From Bacillota bacterium (GTDB lineage Bacteria; Bacillota; Clostridia; TANB77; CAG-508), in NCBI GenBank assembly GCA_963929525.1, contig CAWVJB010000011.1, positions 4,762 through 68,761 on the forward strand: a stretch of DNA of 64,000 bases. The letters run 5' to 3'. Below the pieces are notes generated by a model. The model had not been told where the DNA came from. It worked only from the letters and a program-made list of their open reading frames with translations, and made no database searches. Positions 38,101-47,857 of this stretch are shown here, piece after piece. Made by a program: the position numbers and the translations under genes. Position 1 is the first letter of the stretch, and each line of letters begins with the position of its first letter.

Positions 38101-41100
38101 AATCTGCTGATTTACCACCATTAAATGCATTTGTTACATTGGCATAGTCTAATAAATAGACATGTACTTTTGCTGTTTCATTTGTGATAGAAGCTTGATT
38201 TCCTCCTCCATATACGGCAAGTATTTTGGATTCATATGTTTTTCCGATATTGACATCTATTGTACCAGTGATTGTACCATTGATATTGCTTCCGCCAAAT
38301 ATACTACAATTTTCTAAATTGCTTCCATCTACATTGACAGCTACGTTTCCTGATACAGAAGCTGGTGTATCAGAATCTCCTTCTCCCCCACCAAATACAT
38401 AACCATTGATAGATACAATATTTGCTATACTTGGTAAATCTTGAATATTAACAGTGATATCACTATTCACTTTTCCAAGAGAACTTCCACCATATATATT
38501 TCCATAAACATTGAGATTATTTTTTTGATCAGTAATATTTAATACGATTCTTCCATTAACATTGGTTTCTTCTCCAAGACCGCCACCAAAGGCAACATCT
38601 GTATTGGAATAATCAAATCCATCTGTAGAAGCTTTTGTTCCTAATTGTCCTCCAGAAATATCCATTAATACTGATCCATAAATATCCCCTCTGATATTAG
38701 AACCACCATACACAATTCCTTTTACATTTCCATTTTCTATATCGATATCAACCGTTCCATATATATGGTTTTGGTTTGCACCACCATATATATTGTGATT
38801 AACACTTCCACCTAACATCTTAATTGTCACTAAAGTATCTAAATCTGGAGATTCTTCCGTTTCTACTTTAGTATATGTTAAAAAATGAAGATTACGTGTA
38901 CTAGAACCATTTGAAATTTCCCAACCATTATTATAACCCAAATATAAAGTATATGTTTGTCCAAACCATCCTGTTGTTGTATATGTATAGGTAATTGTTT
39001 TTGTGTTAGAACCTTGGATTGTAAAAGCTGTTTTATTTCTTGTGCTTAATGTGATTTCTGCACTATACCCAGTAAAAATTGAACCACTAACATCACTTAC
39101 ATATATATATTGACCTGTTGATGCATTTTTAATGTAATAATTATTTCCACTTTCTCTTTCAAATATCCATTTTGATGTATCTGATGGAATTGTTGCTGTT
39201 GACATATATTGATTTCCTAATTGATTTCCACTAATGGAAAGTCCATTTTCTCCAGATGAAGAAGTTGTTATCAAATATTCTATATTTTCAGTAAAACGAG
39301 AAGTTTCATCATGAAATTCTATAACATCAGGTCCTTGAATATTTGATGAACCAATAATTCCATAATTTCCTCCACCAAAAACATGATTATGAACAATGGC
39401 ATTTCCATCGATAATGATACATGATTTATCTGTTTGACCTGCATATCTCGTATTTCCATTGGCACCACCACAAACAGAACCAGCATTTACACCATATAAA
39501 ACTTCATCTGTATTGGTTACATTTACGACTTCATTTCCATTACTGTCTATCGTTGATGATGCACCAATTTGCGCATTTCCACCTACATAGATAAAGGATT
39601 CTCCTGTTAATTGTCCATTATTACTAGAAGAACTTGCTGCTACTCCGTTAGATCCTCCACTGATACTGTATTTTACATATCCACCAGTCATTTGGATAAT
39701 TCTATCTCCATATGTATGTGTATAACCAGCTCCTCCTGTAATATTAAGAATATTACCATCCTTAATATACATATATGTTTTATACATATCTTCTTCTGTA
39801 ACATTTAAACCACCAACAATATTGGCAATATTTCCACCTTCAACAAGTAAATATCTATCAGATTTATCATATCCCGTTTGTCCATGTCCTCCAACATATA
39901 TTCCAGCATAATTTCTATCACTATCATCTGCTGTACTTGCATCATTGAAAAAATCTACACCAATCGTTCCACTTTTAATAATGGTATTTACGACTTTACC
40001 ATTTCCATATGGTGAACATGTTGAACTTGAAGTCTTTGATGCTATTCTATCATAGATTTTAAGACTTTCATTGTTATGCTTTACTCTATCAATGTCTGAA
40101 CCTATGATAAAAGTGGCATTTGCTGTTGTCGAATTTGATGCGTTAGAACCATAACCTGCTCTGTATAATAAGGCAGAATAATATTTCCCTGATTCAACAA
40201 TCACTCTATATTCTGAACTACTATGATTGTAATATCCACCTTGTACCTGTGTAAAAGTACAGTTGTTATTATTTGTCGGAACAATGCCTCTACCAACTCT
40301 TAAATTATACATATTTCCATAAATACATGGTGTTGTAGATCTTGTTCCATCTGTTGTCGCATATGAGGAAGCATAAGATTCTCCAGAAGAAACATATATA
40401 TAATCTAATTGTAAATCACTATCTAATTGAATATCTGTATCTTGTACATCTAAATATGTTCCTGTATTTCCATAATTGACACCATCATATAAACTTGTTA
40501 ATGTAAACGCTGTATTTGGAGAAGTCACATCATTACCATCTAAAACCCCATTCATGAGTACAACAATATTGACTTCTCTATCAGAAGCATTTGTACAACT
40601 TTTTCTGTTTGCATTTAATTTACTACTGATCACACTCCAATTATTATTTACTGGACTCGTTGATGATGTTCCTAAGTTTGAACCACTTCCGATGGAACTA
40701 ACAAAGATGACATTTGCATCAATCCAGTCAGGGTATAAATCTATCACAAGATTTCCAGAATAATCTTTTATATGATTTATATTTGTATTTAGTGTTTGAA
40801 CAAATGTATTCGTATTTGTACTGATACTATTTTCATATTTTGTATTATTGGTTTTCCAACCATTAAATCCTTTTTCAAGTGGTCTATTCATAAATGGATT
40901 ATCAATTAATTCTATAGATATATTTCCATTACTATCTACTGGAACACATTTTCTATAAGACACCAATGTTTGTGGCTCTGTATCAGAAATTGTTCCGTAA
41001 GGGGTGTATTCATCTCCTATGGTAATTGTTGTTTTAAAAGAATTTACAGATAGATTATTATAAGATACATTGTTCAGTGTATTTCTACTATCTGCCCTAA

Positions 41101-42823
41101 ATGAAACATAAAATGTAAATGTCCATGTATCACTATTGCCTTGCAAGCCAGATGTATCTATTCCAGTAACTTTGATAATTCCATTACTAAGACTGACATT
41201 AATTCCATTTGAAGAATTATCACTTGAAGTTTCTGATTCATTAAAATAGTTTGAAAAATTCGTATTTGGAACTTGCATTTCCATTGTCCAACCAGAATTT
41301 GCATTAAATTCTGGATATTGGTCTTTTAAATTCTGAATGCCACTAACTGTACAAGTAATGGTATCTGTTCTGGTATAATATCTATTCCACCCGCTACCTC
41401 CTTGTTGAACACTACCTGTAGATGTTCTTCTAGCAGTAGCATTTAATGTAATATCATATTTTTCTGGTGTGACAAATTCTGTTAAATCATAATCATATCC
41501 ATAATAATTGATAGTAATTTCTTTTAAATTACTTTCTGTATATTTTCCAGAATTTGTTTTAGACATGTTTTCTGTATAATTTAAACCTAAATAATAGTTT
41601 TTATCTGCTTCATAATCATCGATTGATAATGTTGTATTTTCTCCTTCTACAGCCATTAAAGAAATTGCATTATTTGAAGGTGTATTTTGAGTTGCCATAT
41701 TATTTTGTGATGATATGACGTTTTGAGATTCTTGTAATTCTAAAAGTACATATGCGTGTAATTCTTTTACCGCAAATTGAAGTTTATTTTCTTCTATTTT
41801 GACATCTTGTAATTCTTTGATTGTATGTGTTTGTTCTGTCGCATTATCTTGTGTCGTACCTTGCTTTGTGTCTTCTTGTTCTGTATTTTCTTGTATCTTT
41901 TCTTCTTGTGTTTTGTCTTCTTGAATTTCAAGTATTGTATATGTTTTATCTTGATTTGGCATAGCCATTTTAATGGTTAATGGTTGCTCATATTTTTTAG
42001 CTAAATATTCTTTTCCTTGAGACATTAACTGGATATCAAAATTTTCTGTAATACGATAATTAGGATATTTTTCTAATATTTCAGTTTTAAATTTATCGAT
42101 TTCTACTTCTGTTGTTTCTAATTCTGTATCATATGGCATATACCCAGAAACAGATAAAATTCCCTTATTTTCATATTCTTTATTATTAACTGTATTTTCT
42201 TTGTTTATCGTATTTTGATTTTCTTCATTATTTTCATTATTTTCTATTTCTTTGAAAATAAGTTCTTTGTTATAAAATATTTCTCCTTGAATTTCTTTTT
42301 TATCATATTCTACTGTTAATGTTATACTTGAATTTTTACGTTCTTCTTGGGTTAAATAGATTTTTTCTCCTGGTAACTTTTCAACTTTAGAAGTTTTTTC
42401 TATATCTTCTGTAATAGTATTTACCTGCTGAACATTTATTGTATTTGTTTCCTCACTACTTTTTGAGTTACTTGCTTTTCCATTTGCCGGTTCATTTGTT
42501 GTATTGAGTAGATTGCTCTTTGTGTTTTTCTCCGTATTTTCTATCAGTTCTTTTTGTGTGACAATATATTTCGTAACTTTTTTTGTATTGATAACATTAG
42601 GAAGTGTAATTGAAAAACCACTTTCGCCCTCATTGATAGCTTCTAAAGTAATTTTTTCGTCAACTAATAAACTGCTATTATCTTCTATATTAGCAGTGAT
42701 TTCAATTACTTTACTAGCTCTAGAATTGCTAAAAGCTCTCAGTAATATAATTATGAGTATTATTAAAAAAATTAATACTAATATATTCCTTTTGTTTGTT
42801 TTTTTCATTTGCATAATCTCCAC
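35102..42823 (-). CDS. Giant (2573 aa) secreted/anchored surface protein with a long array of (V/I)(Y/F)GGGN beta-helix-type repeats; putative adhesin or fibre component
   Basis: N-terminal signal anchor (KKTNKRNILVLIFLIILIIILLRAFSNS). At least 20 repeats such as IYGGGNQGTVTQNTYVHV, VFGGGNQAATG and VYGGANTSVVYGTT between about 37320 and 39900. The zero frame ends 2 codons after a CGG. Confidence 0.9.
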   Translation of the reverse strand: MEIMQMKKTNKRNILVLIFLIILIIILLRAFSNSRASKVIEITANIEDNSSLLVDEKITLEAINEGESGFSITLPNVINTKKVTKYIVTQKELIENTEKNTKSNLLNTTNEPANGKASNSKSSEETNTINVQQVNTITEDIEKTSKVEKLPGEKIYLTQEERKNSSITLTVEYDKKEIQGEIFYNKELIFKEIENNENNEENQNTINKENTVNNKEYENKGILSVSGYMPYDTELETTEVEIDKFKTEILEKYPNYRITENFDIQLMSQGKEYLAKKYEQPLTIKMAMPNQDKTYTILEIQEDKTQEEKIQENTEQEDTKQGTTQDNATEQTHTIKELQDVKIEENKLQFAVKELHAYVLLELQESQNVISSQNNMATQNTPSNNAISLMAVEGENTTLSIDDYEADKNYYLGLNYTENMSKTNSGKYTESNLKEITINYYGYDYDLTEFVTPEKYDITLNATARRTSTGSVQQGGSGWNRYYTRTDTITCTVSGIQNLKDQYPEFNANSGWTMEMQVPNTNFSNYFNESETSSDNSSNGINVSLSNGIIKVTGIDTSGLQGNSDTWTFTFYVSFRADSRNTLNNVSYNNLSVNSFKTTITIGDEYTPYGTISDTEPQTLVSYRKCVPVDSNGNISIELIDNPFMNRPLEKGFNGWKTNNTKYENSISTNTNTFVQTLNTNINHIKDYSGNLVIDLYPDWIDANVIFVSSIGSGSNLGTSSTSPVNNNWSVISSKLNANRKSCTNASDREVNIVVLMNGVLDGNDVTSPNTAFTLTSLYDGVNYGNTGTYLDVQDTDIQLDSDLQLDYIYVSSGESYASSYATTDGTRSTTPCIYGNMYNLRVGRGIVPTNNNNCTFTQVQGGYYNHSSSEYRVIVESGKYYSALLYRAGYGSNASNSTTANATFIIGSDIDRVKHNNESLKIYDRIASKTSSSTCSPYGNGKVVNTIIKSGTIGVDFFNDASTADDSDRNYAGIYVGGHGQTGYDKSDRYLLVEGGNIANIVGGLNVTEEDMYKTYMYIKDGNILNITGGAGYTHTYGDRIIQMTGGYVKYSISGGSNGVAASSSSNNGQLTGESFIYVGGNAQIGASSTIDSNGNEVVNVTNTDEVLYGVNAGSVCGGANGNTRYAGQTDKSCIIIDGNAIVHNHVFGGGNYGIIGSSNIQGPDVIEFHDETSRFTENIEYLITTSSSGENGLSISGNQLGNQYMSTATIPSDTSKWIFERESGNNYYIKNASTGQYIYVSDVSGSIFTGYSAEITLSTRNKTAFTIQGSNTKTITYTYTTTGWFGQTYTLYLGYNNGWEISNGSSTRNLHFLTYTKVETEESPDLDTLVTIKMLGGSVNHNIYGGANQNHIYGTVDIDIENGNVKGIVYGGSNIRGDIYGSVLMDISGGQLGTKASTDGFDYSNTDVAFGGGLGEETNVNGRIVLNITDQKNNLNVYGNIYGGSSLGKVNSDITVNIQDLPSIANIVSINGYVFGGGEGDSDTPASVSGNVAVNVDGSNLENCSIFGGSNINGTITGTIDVNIGKTYESKILAVYGGGNQASITNETAKVHVYLLDYANVTNAFNGGKSADLVSSGKDDETRAIYLKGGTVQNIYGGSDLSGNVTASHVYIESGNATNIYGGNNQGGITEITNIIITGGNSQDVYGGGNKAICNKTNVNVTGGTQSRIYGGGDQAGINTNTYVNLTNANIEDTIYGGGNQGTVTQNTYVHVKDSTIGNSLYAGGNGTSAVVYGNTNLIMEGANEVTKNVFGGGNQAATGTETENNSTSTVNIVGAKIGGNVYGGANTSVVYGTTQTNIGYDTVGDTSLEIGDIEIIGTVFGGGEANASGSEIYDFSFISVTKGIDMQIDGNKHSEFKITGSIFGSGNASSTSGTSYINIKNYGTADDPQSNVSIQRADCVTISNSAISLSGATDRTNEYSDTFFSLSRVDQVKLKNNSTLYLCNGANLLEKLDSLVDINGKEEVGKVTINPDTGEMTEKNVDNRIYMLEGKNLNVATNEQATAYGQVHGMFFFGLFTNSMSPSTSTAFYHYSFENGDEITNEGTFSSNSYVMAQHMVDHNTTIDGFYTNYKDDGKIKVDYVGTTPEDDVYYMWVVGDAMNVTRFEVSLTASKYATLGTYELLLQGFSDPNLKMSVSGFSAGLEDGVTLVNPDEINTIEPDEEKANTIYGLTMRTGNVGWQTKGTTNFLTQNGGSYAGSNHYDKDNSSYTPTLNLCLYHSENITVEQPLGTATIRLQVLTPIDDLNYDISYIDIVITLSTALYQNDFYEAAITPGEEYGLFTTTETSITSKSTFSTYYSLYVEDFSNSKYVNDYETYQRVLISRDSNNLPYVLPENTKITMLDMVTNTYYYYIVTSDDAKNGIFEYNLSDFLSMGSSDAKFNEEEASKQYYHSEEDVIYENFIFHTNFAESNITNDIHNNSLLMELRDSENETLVGVLGIQRDSMMYSVYKDKDATIELDGNLSPETLYLGNSLNLNVITEFTQTIVDSKTIYDTQYFDQKLGIKISIYDINGNQLSLDSLFGVNFELDGKLYYPRVDGTTRICIADKVTNVLAKLKMNTIDNTTLATRRL

Positions 42824-42835
42824 AATTTTGTAAAA

Positions 42836-44413
42836 TTAATTTATATCTAATAATTTTTTTATCTCACATAACTCTTTAATGTCTTCAATTTTTAAATTTG
42901 CTTTTCTTATATTAATAGCCATTTGTATGTTTTCAAGTTTTGCAATCAATGTTCCAAGATGTTTTTCATCTAAATCTTGTTTATCAATTGTAAAATGTAA
43001 TAATTTATATTTGTCTGCAATAATAAGTGCTAAATCATTTTCTTCTATAAAAGAGGTATGCTTTATCATTGCATTATATGGATTATTTAAAAATTCATCT
43101 AATTCTTTTACTTTTTCATTAATTTCCTCTGGTTTGATATTTTTAAATTGCTTAATAAGGCATGTTGTTAAATATACATAATATGAATTTGCAAGATTTA
43201 AGATGTCATATATCGTAGAATCATTATTGATATCTGCATATATTTTATTACAAAATTTATTTATGTCTAATTCTTTATATTTTTCCTTAATTGTCTGAAT
43301 TAGTTCTTTTGTTTCTTGTGCTTGCCCATTATTCGTCTTTTTTATTCCAAACAATCCTTTTCTATTTGCTTTTTTATTTAATTTATTTAATTTTTTCTCT
43401 AAATTTTCTATTTCTTTTTTGGTTTCTAAATAAACTTTTTTGTAATTTTCTTTTTCCTCATAATATTGTTTGATATCATCAATGATAAATTTAAATTTTA
43501 AATAATTTTGATATTCTTTCAAAGTATTTAGAAAATTAATGATATTTCCTTTCACTTCTTCATTTTCTTGTATATTTTCAAGTATATCTTTTGGTAAAAT
43601 TTTTGTAATATCTGTTTTTAATTTTTCATCTTCAAGGTTATTGATGTTGCATTCTCCACTTAAAAATTTTTCTTTTATAACTCCAGGTTCAATTGCCATT
43701 TTTTCCATTAGTTGTTTCTTTAAATCTATGTATGATTTATTGATTTCTTGTAAAGTAATATTTGCCTTCTTCAATTTTTCACTTTTTTCTTTTTCGAAAT
43801 ATTTATCAATGATAGGTTCATTTTTAAAATAAATATTCCTCATATTTAATTCAATATGAATCATAATTTCTGGACATTTCCAATAGATTTCTTCAAATTT
43901 TTCTTTTATCTTTTCAGAATGAATGTCACATTTTTTTAATTCTTGAAAAAAGGTTTTCATATAATCTTTTACATATATACTATAATTAAAATCTTCTAAA
44001 GAAAGTTCAATTCCCACTTTTGAAAATTTATCAATGCATATTTGTATTTGTTCATTAATATTTTCAAAATTTTCTTTATAATATCTAGAAATTGTAAAGA
44101 TTGATCTATCTAGTCCCATTTTTTCATAAGAAGTTTTTTCTTCATTCAATAATTCTAATATATAAGTAATTGTTTTAATTCTTGTCTGTAAATTTTCTAT
44201 TTCTGTATTTTCTGTTTTTTTAACTGCCTTTTCATATCTTTTCTTTAATTCATTAGAAACTTCATCTTGATATGTTGTATATTCTTTTTCTAATTCCTCT
44301 AATTTATCTTTAAAAATTTCTACATTTTTAGGATTATTTTTTGGCATAGTAGATAAAATTTCTTTGCTTGCTACAATTTTTTCAAGTATTTCTTCTGTTT
44401 GTATAGACATCAT
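42836..44413 (-). CDS. Cytoplasmic coiled-coil protein (525 aa), unknown function
   Basis: No signal peptide or TM segment. K/E-rich heptad-like sequence throughout. Lies 12 nt upstream of the giant gene. Confidence 0.7.
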   Translation of the reverse strand: MMSIQTEEILEKIVASKEILSTMPKNNPKNVEIFKDKLEELEKEYTTYQDEVSNELKKRYEKAVKKTENTEIENLQTRIKTITYILELLNEEKTSYEKMGLDRSIFTISRYYKENFENINEQIQICIDKFSKVGIELSLEDFNYSIYVKDYMKTFFQELKKCDIHSEKIKEKFEEIYWKCPEIMIHIELNMRNIYFKNEPIIDKYFEKEKSEKLKKANITLQEINKSYIDLKKQLMEKMAIEPGVIKEKFLSGECNINNLEDEKLKTDITKILPKDILENIQENEEVKGNIINFLNTLKEYQNYLKFKFIIDDIKQYYEEKENYKKVYLETKKEIENLEKKLNKLNKKANRKGLFGIKKTNNGQAQETKELIQTIKEKYKELDINKFCNKIYADINNDSTIYDILNLANSYYVYLTTCLIKQFKNIKPEEINEKVKELDEFLNNPYNAMIKHTSFIEENDLALIIADKYKLLHFTIDKQDLDEKHLGTLIAKLENIQMAINIRKANLKIEDIKELCEIKKLLDIN

Positions 44414-44499
44414 ATCCTCCTTTTCTATATTGTTATTCTCATTTTTCCTTTAAATAGAATATCTTGTTCTATAATGGAAAAAGATGTATTACTATATAT

Positions 44500-44622
44500 T
44501 TATTCATTCAAATTATTGGCTTTTTCAATGCTTTGCTTCTCTTTTTCTAAATATTTTAAAAATTCATCAAATTTTTTATAAAATTCTATTAATTCTCCTG
44601 TTTTTACATCCTTTAAATCCAT
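44500..44622 (-). CDS. Small hypothetical protein (40 aa: MDLKDVKTGELIEFYKKFDEFLKYLEKEKQSIEKANNLNE)
   Basis: Found by hand. SD aaaggagc 9 nt upstream of the ATG. Lies upstream of the coiled-coil gene. Confidence 0.35.
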   Translation of the reverse strand: MDLKDVKTGELIEFYKKFDEFLKYLEKEKQSIEKANNLNE

Positions 44623-44756
44623 TTTTCTTTAGCTCCTTTTTTTGTATGTTTTAAGTTGTATTTTTCTTTCTATACTTGCACTTTTTAACACTTGTATCAT
44701 ATCATAAAGCATATAAAAAGTCTACGAATTTTTGACAAGTTTTGACTTTTTTAGTA

Positions 44757-44987
44757 ACAGTTCAAACCTCATCATCTTAGGAAAGGTGTGATACGTTATA
44801 TTTTTAAGAATTCGAATGCGACCGGAGTCATTTAAGAAATTCTTAAGCAAAAACTATAAAAAGTCCCGTCTCCGGGTATTGTTGTAGTTTTTGCTCTAGA
44901 ATTTCTTAAATGGGAATCGAAGGGTAGCCGAGAATCTTAAAAATATAACGTATCACACCTTTCCTAAGATGATGAGGTTTGAACTGT
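44757..44987 (+). repeat. Large structured palindromic element, family B copy 2 (231 bp)
   Basis: 52-bp perfect outer stem (acagttcaaacctcatcatcttaggaaaggtgtgatacgttatatttttaag and its reverse complement). Core gaattcgaatgcgaccggagtc...gtcccgtctccgggtattgttg...gggtagccgagaatc. Confidence 0.85.
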
Positions 44988-45047
44988 AAAATCAAAAAGA
45001 ACAGATTTTAATCTGCTCTTTTTGATTTTATATTATATTATATTATT

Positions 45048-46061
45048 TTATACTGTTGGTGTTTGTGCTGGGACTTTAAATTCTAATCTAAATTTAATAT
45101 CTGAACCTGATGCATTGTTTTCACAGTCAACATCTTGCCCTTCAACCCACATATATATTCTCATTTTAGTAATTCCTTCTTGTAGTGAAAATGCATTTTC
45201 ATAATCTGTCATCGCAGTGTTTGTAATAATAGATGGTGTAACTTGTGTAAAGTTGTCGTCTGTACCATTATTTGTTTTTGATATATCCACTCCTGTAGTA
45301 ATTGCTTTGTTAATACCGTAATATGTAACTGGATCTTCTGCAGTTTGCTCAAGTGTAAGACCATAGTAACTTTTTGCAGATGCCACAGCTGCTGCTGTAT
45401 GAACGTCACTATTTGGTTCCCATAACTCTGTTGATTCTTGGGATTCTTCTAAGAAAGAAGTTGCTAAATCATGTTTTGTTACAAAGTCTGCTGCTGGAGT
45501 ACCTATGTCTGCATGTGTTTGTTTTATAAATGCTACACGAGCAGCATTTTGTAATCCAGGATTTCCTTGCTCTTTAAATGTTACTGTAGAATTTGCTCCT
45601 AATATAACATTTTGTTCTTCTTTATTAACTTGTAAGAAAATATCAAATGCAACAAATCTTCCATTTTCGCCAGCTGTTTCTGCTGATTCTTCTGTTGCAG
45701 TTAGCGCAAAACTATTATTTAGTGATTCCAACTTTCCGTAATACATTTTCATAAATCCAGTATTAGAATCTATTTCTCCTATTGTTGATACTGGCTCCAT
45801 TGTACTTGGTAATTGGTTTGTATTTCCTGCATATGCTGCTGTTTTTAGGTCATCTATGGTAAGTGTAGATTTCCAATGTTCACCATCTGCAGATATCTGC
45901 AAACCACTTTGTGCTTCAATACGTACATCAATATCGCTAACAGATACAACAGTATTTGCTGTAAACCATGCATATGTTGATGCAAATAATAATGCTGCTA
46001 ATAATAACAATATTAGTATAGCTGTTTTTAAATCAATTTTTCTTTTGCTTTTTTTACTCAT
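45048..46061 (-). CDS. Secreted protein with a SipW-dependent-type (TasA/camelysin-like) signal region; candidate major fibre subunit
   Basis: KKSKRK, then a hydrophobic segment, then ASTYAWFTANT (compare the TasA-family signal motif xTxAYFTD). Beta-rich and Ala/Thr-rich, with better codon composition than its neighbours. C-terminal motif YMWVEGQDVDCEN shared with 46255-47118. Confidence 0.7.
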   Translation of the reverse strand: MSKKSKRKIDLKTAILILLLLAALLFASTYAWFTANTVVSVSDIDVRIEAQSGLQISADGEHWKSTLTIDDLKTAAYAGNTNQLPSTMEPVSTIGEIDSNTGFMKMYYGKLESLNNSFALTATEESAETAGENGRFVAFDIFLQVNKEEQNVILGANSTVTFKEQGNPGLQNAARVAFIKQTHADIGTPAADFVTKHDLATSFLEESQESTELWEPNSDVHTAAAVASAKSYYGLTLEQTAEDPVTYYGINKAITTGVDISKTNNGTDDNFTQVTPSIITNTAMTDYENAFSLQEGITKMRIYMWVEGQDVDCENNASGSDIKFRLEFKVPAQTPTV

Positions 46062-46254
46062 TTTCCCCTCTCCTTTTTATCTCACAACTTATCATTCGTT
46101 GCTTTTTTATTTACTGTTCATAGAATATCACAATATTATTTTAGTGTCAATTCATATCAAAAAAGTAATATAATTGTAATTTTTTAGCTTTTTTGTAATA
46201 TTTTTGTAACATTTTATTGCTGATATATTTCATTTTTATGTATTTTGTTTTACA

Positions 46255-47118
46255 TTATTCTTGCTTTATATGTTCTTCTTTAATATCCATGTGCATCTTC
46301 ATTTCTCCGCCAATAATATTATCTAAACAATCTGGGTCATCACCCTCTACAAATACAACAATTGTCATTTTATCAACATCACCTGATTGAAAATCACTTC
46401 TCTGCTCTACAGCCACTTCCTTTTCAGAATAAAATGGAGTTGTTCCTTCTTCTGGTTCGCCAGTTTTACTGTTTGCTTTCGCATATAATTTCATATCATC
46501 ATTTCTATATATCATAACTCTTATGGCCTCATCTGCATTTTTAATAACATCATCAATTACAACTTCATACCAATAATTAACAACATCACTCCCTTTGTTT
46601 TCTATATAAAAACTATAGGCAAAATAATTCTCTCCATTTAAGCTTCCTCCCCCTCTTTGATGTATATCTTTTGGTAGCCATTTAACAGATATGTTATCTA
46701 TAAAATCTGCACTTGTTGCTTTTAAAATTCTTTTATCATCTTCACTATTATTTTCATAAATAACTAAACCACTTTTTTGTGCAAATTCTGGGTCAAGTGA
46801 AATCGTAAAATTTCCACCTTCATAAAAACTCACTAATAAAAAATAGACAACAATTAAAAATACTGTCATAATTAATAATCCTGTTTTTATAACTTCTATT
46901 TTCTTATCTCTTTCTCTAATTTTTTCCGAATTCAATTTCACTTTTTCTTTTTTATCAACTTTCGTTTTTTCCTTTTTTACTTTATCCTTCACTTCAAAAA
47001 ATTCCCTTCTTAAAATTTTTTCATCTCTATTGATTTTAACATGCACATAACGATAATAATAAAACCTAGTTAGTAGCCCCCTTATATAGAAGTTGTAATT
47101 ATTAATAAATAATTTCAT
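46255..47118 (-). CDS. Membrane-anchored paralog of the 45048-46061 protein, with a Lys-rich cytoplasmic N-terminus
   Basis: TM segment at about residues 80-100. The ectodomain shares FAYSFYIENKG.. and VFVEGDDPDCLDN motifs with the neighbouring gene. The start codon is uncertain. Confidence 0.6.
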   Translation of the reverse strand: MKLFINNYNFYIRGLLTRFYYYRYVHVKINRDEKILRREFFEVKDKVKKEKTKVDKKEKVKLNSEKIRERDKKIEVIKTGLLIMTVFLIVVYFLLVSFYEGGNFTISLDPEFAQKSGLVIYENNSEDDKRILKATSADFIDNISVKWLPKDIHQRGGGSLNGENYFAYSFYIENKGSDVVNYWYEVVIDDVIKNADEAIRVMIYRNDDMKLYAKANSKTGEPEEGTTPFYSEKEVAVEQRSDFQSGDVDKMTIVVFVEGDDPDCLDNIIGGEMKMHMDIKEEHIKQE

Positions 47119-47224
47119 TACGAATGTGATTGAAAATATTTTAGAATTTGTTATATAAACACAAATCTCTTGCTTTTAAAAATCACATATGTTAAAATGA
47201 ACAAAAAACAAAAGAGGTGTAAAA

Positions 47225-47818
47225 ATGAAAAATAATAAAAAATTATTCATATTATTAGTTGGGATCTTTATATGTCTTTTATTATTTTCCATTGTTCTTA
47301 TTTATGCAAAATATCTTTCATCAGCAGATGGTCAAACAGATATTAGTATTGCAAGATGGAATATCATTGTAAATGATAAATCTATAAAAAATAATACAGA
47401 TATATCATCTGCTATACAACCGATATTTACTGGAAATGAAAATATAGCTTCTGACATCATAGCACCCACTGCAGAAGGATATTTTGATTTGAATTTTGAT
47501 TTTACAGATGTGGATGTATCTTTTCAATATGAAATTAACGTCTCAGCAAATGAAAATAGTTCTGTTAAAGATTTAGTTGCAACTGGATATTCTCAAGATG
47601 ATGGCGAAAAAATTACATTTGATGAATTTAATCAACCAATAACAGATACCATTTCATTAGGAGATAATATTGACCATAGAAAAATACGTGTATATATTCT
47701 TTGGAATGATGATGAAACTACAGCACAAATGACAAATGATGATGATACACAATCTACTAAGCAAGATAATCCTGCTCTTTTAAATGTAAATATTTCATTC
47801 ACACAAGTTGCAGATTAA
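47225..47818 (+). CDS. Small secreted TasA-like-signal protein, 'WNI(I/V)VN' paralog family member 1 (the only plus-strand gene inside the locus)
   Basis: SD agaggtg. N-terminal anchor ...IYAKYLSSADGQTDISIARWNIIVNDK. Paralogous to 48071-48670 and 55479-56111. Confidence 0.7.
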   Translation: MKNNKKLFILLVGIFICLLLFSIVLIYAKYLSSADGQTDISIARWNIIVNDKSIKNNTDISSAIQPIFTGNENIASDIIAPTAEGYFDLNFDFTDVDVSFQYEINVSANENSSVKDLVATGYSQDDGEKITFDEFNQPITDTISLGDNIDHRKIRVYILWNDDETTAQMTNDDDTQSTKQDNPALLNVNISFTQVAD

Positions 47819-47857
47819 AATGTAATCTTATCATAGATATTGTCGTTTTATTGGTTT

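Noticed and set aside
35095-42833. Multiple 60-109-aa plus-strand ORFs antisense to the giant gene, and the minus-strand 37036-37227 alternative-frame ORF
   Set aside because: They are shadow ORFs within a continuous 7.7-kb reading frame with clear repeat-protein structure.
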